The notes beneath the pieces were generated by a model. The model was not told the origin of the DNA, did no database searches, and worked only from the letters and a program-made list of their open reading frames with translations. Both the position numbers and the translations under genes were made by a program. Shown piece by piece: positions 62,499 to 64,000 of a stretch of DNA of 64,000 nt; within the stretch, counting starts at the first letter, position 1, and every line of letters starts with the position of its first letter. Origin of the DNA: Oscillospiraceae bacterium (lineage in GTDB: Bacteria; Bacillota; Clostridia; Oscillospirales; Acutalibacteraceae); the NCBI GenBank assembly GCA_015065585.1, contig SVQC01000003.1, positions 1,363-65,362 on the forward strand, written 5' to 3'.

Positions 62499-64000
62499 TT
62501 TTTTCTTTACTCTTTGCTCTGGTAGGACAAGCGGCATTCATACAATAATTTCTTCCTCGTAACCCTACAAGGATAAAGGAACCGCATTCCTTACAGGTTT
62601 CACCTGAGGGAAGACCAGGTGCTGCAAAATCGCACTCAGGATATTTTGAACAGCCATAGAACTTCTTACCCGTTTTCTTGGAAACGCGTTTAACAAGCTC
62701 TGCTCCACATTTAGGACAAGGCTGAGTAATTTTTTCTTCCGGCAATGGTTTGGTATTTTTACAGGTAGGATAAGCAGGACAAGCAAGAAATTTTCCGAAT
62801 CTTCCCGATTTAACCACCATATTTTTACCGCAAAGCTCACAGACAATTTCGGTTTCCTCATCAGGCACCTTTACCTTAACGCCATTCATAGACTCCTCTG
62901 CCTTTTTAAGAGTTACAGCAAAATCCTTATAGAAACGGTCAACGGTTTCGGTAAAACCGAGTTTGCCCTCATCTATTTTATCAAGACTCTGCTCCATACC
63001 GGCCGTGAATTTAATGTCAACGATTTTCTTAAAATACTCGGCAATAAGGTCGGTAACTATCATACCCAGCTTAGTAGGTTTAAAGGCTTTTTTATCCTTT
63101 TCAATATAATCTCTCTGCACAATATTAGAAATAATAGGCGCATAGGTTGAAGGACGACCGATTCCGTTTTCTTCAAGAGCCTTTGTAAGAGTAGATTCAT
63201 TGTATCTTGCGGGAGGCTGAGTAAAGTGCTGTAAAGGCGTAATTCCCTTAAATTTCAGCACATCGCCTTCATTAAGTGCAGGAAATGTAATTTCACTTTC
63301 CTCGTTATTTTCCTTTACCTCATCATATAAAACGGTAAAACCGTCAAACTTAACTGTATAACCGCTGGCTTTATATAAATGCTGTCCTGCAATAATATCT
63401 ACATTAACGGTATCCTGCAGACAGTTTTCCATCTGACTTGCCATAAAGCGTTCCCAAATTAACTTATAAAGCTTATATTGTTCTGGAGTAAGTGAAGCCT
63501 TTGCTATTTCGGGAGTAAGTTCAATAATGGTAGGTCTTATTGCTTCGTGGGCATCCTGAGCGCTGTTTTTTGACTTAAATACGCGGGGCTTTTTAGGTGC
63601 ATATTTTTCACCGTAAACCACGGTAATATATTTCTTTGCAGCAATACCTGCTTCGGCTGAAACGCGCAAAGAGTCGGTTCTCATATAGGTAATAAGACCA
63701 GTACTTCCAAAGCCTGCAACATCAACGCCTTCATAGAGTTGCTGAGCAATACGCATTGTACGAAGACCCGTAAAGTTAAGTCTTCTGGCGGCTTCTTGCT
63801 GAAGCGTAGATGTAATAAATGGAGGCATAGGTTGTTTTTTACGTAAACCCTTTTTGATAGAGGAAACTACAAAGTTTTCCTTCTCATCCGCGGTAGCTAT
63901 AGCTGTAGCCTCTGCCTCGCTGGTCACATTAATCTTTTCGCCGTCCGCAGTACCGTAGAATTTAGCAATTATATTTTTCTGCTTTGAAAGCTTTGCTTCA
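62488..64000 (-). CDS. topA: DNA topoisomerase I (C-terminal part; gene continues past the right edge)
   Basis: The frame is open to the window edge. It has the type IA core ([10 protein letters not shown] with the catalytic Tyr) and three C-terminal Cys4 Zn-ribbon motifs ([36 protein letters not shown]..). Confidence 0.95.
   Translation of the reverse strand, partial: EAKLSKQKNIIAKFYGTADGEKINVTSEAEATAIATADEKENFVVSSIKKGLRKKQPMPPFITSTLQQEAARRLNFTGLRTMRIAQQLYEGVDVAGFGSTGLITYMRTDSLRVSAEAGIAAKKYITVVYGEKYAPKKPRVFKSKNSAQDAHEAIRPTIIELTPEIAKASLTPEQYKLYKLIWERFMASQMENCLQDTVNVDIIAGQHLYKASGYTVKFDGFTVLYDEVKENNEESEITFPALNEGDVLKFKGITPLQHFTQPPARYNESTLTKALEENGIGRPSTYAPIISNIVQRDYIEKDKKAFKPTKLGMIVTDLIAEYFKKIVDIKFTAGMEQSLDKIDEGKLGFTETVDRFYKDFAVTLKKAEESMNGVKVKVPDEETEIVCELCGKNMVVKSGRFGKFLACPAYPTCKNTKPLPEEKITQPCPKCGAELVKRVSKKTGKKFYGCSKYPECDFAAPGLPSGETCKECGSFILVGLRGRNYCMNAACPTRAKSKEKNEK

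Overview
This window looks like low-GC Firmicutes (Clostridia-like) chromosome, almost entirely transcribed on the minus strand, and most of it is core housekeeping. Left to right:
- rpoC (5' part) and rpoB
- a lipid-anchored trigger-factor-like PPIase, prfB and prmA
- a P-type cation ATPase and uvrC
- a small Cys-motif lipoprotein plus a ZnuCB-like ABC pair
- a ThuA / Gfo-Idh-MocA pair next to a frameshifted AraC gene
- a compact dcw cluster: mraZ-rsmH-ftsL-pbp-murE-mraY-ftsW-murG-murA-ftsQ-ftsZ
- a GH2 beta-mannosidase with its own AraC regulator, and tRNA-Lys
- the string leuS-rsfS-yqeK-nadD-yhbY-rdgB-ftsY-smc-radical SAM-rnc-plsX-trmFO-topA

I saw no CRISPR array, IS element, prophage or rRNA.

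The stand-out region is 30.9-45.6 kb. It holds three head-to-tail minus-strand units, each opened by a TTGACA-17 bp-TAnAnT promoter and a T-box riboswitch. I read the specifiers as AUC (Ile), GUA (Val) and CUC (Leu).
- The first two T-boxes gate paralogous HTH-cupin::ACSM-type acyl-CoA synthetase fusions.
- The second unit continues into a P-loop ATPase, a four-subunit 2-oxoacid:ferredoxin oxidoreductase and ilvE.
- The third gates a catalytically degenerate LeuA-like protein, a TIM-barrel::acyl-CoA ligase fusion and an amidohydrolase_2 protein.

I interpret this locus as a tRNA-charging-gated route that makes branched-chain amino acids from branched-chain fatty acids by reductive carboxylation.

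CDS coordinates are anchored on the ORF track. Hand-counted coordinates of noncoding motifs may be off by 1-2 nt.
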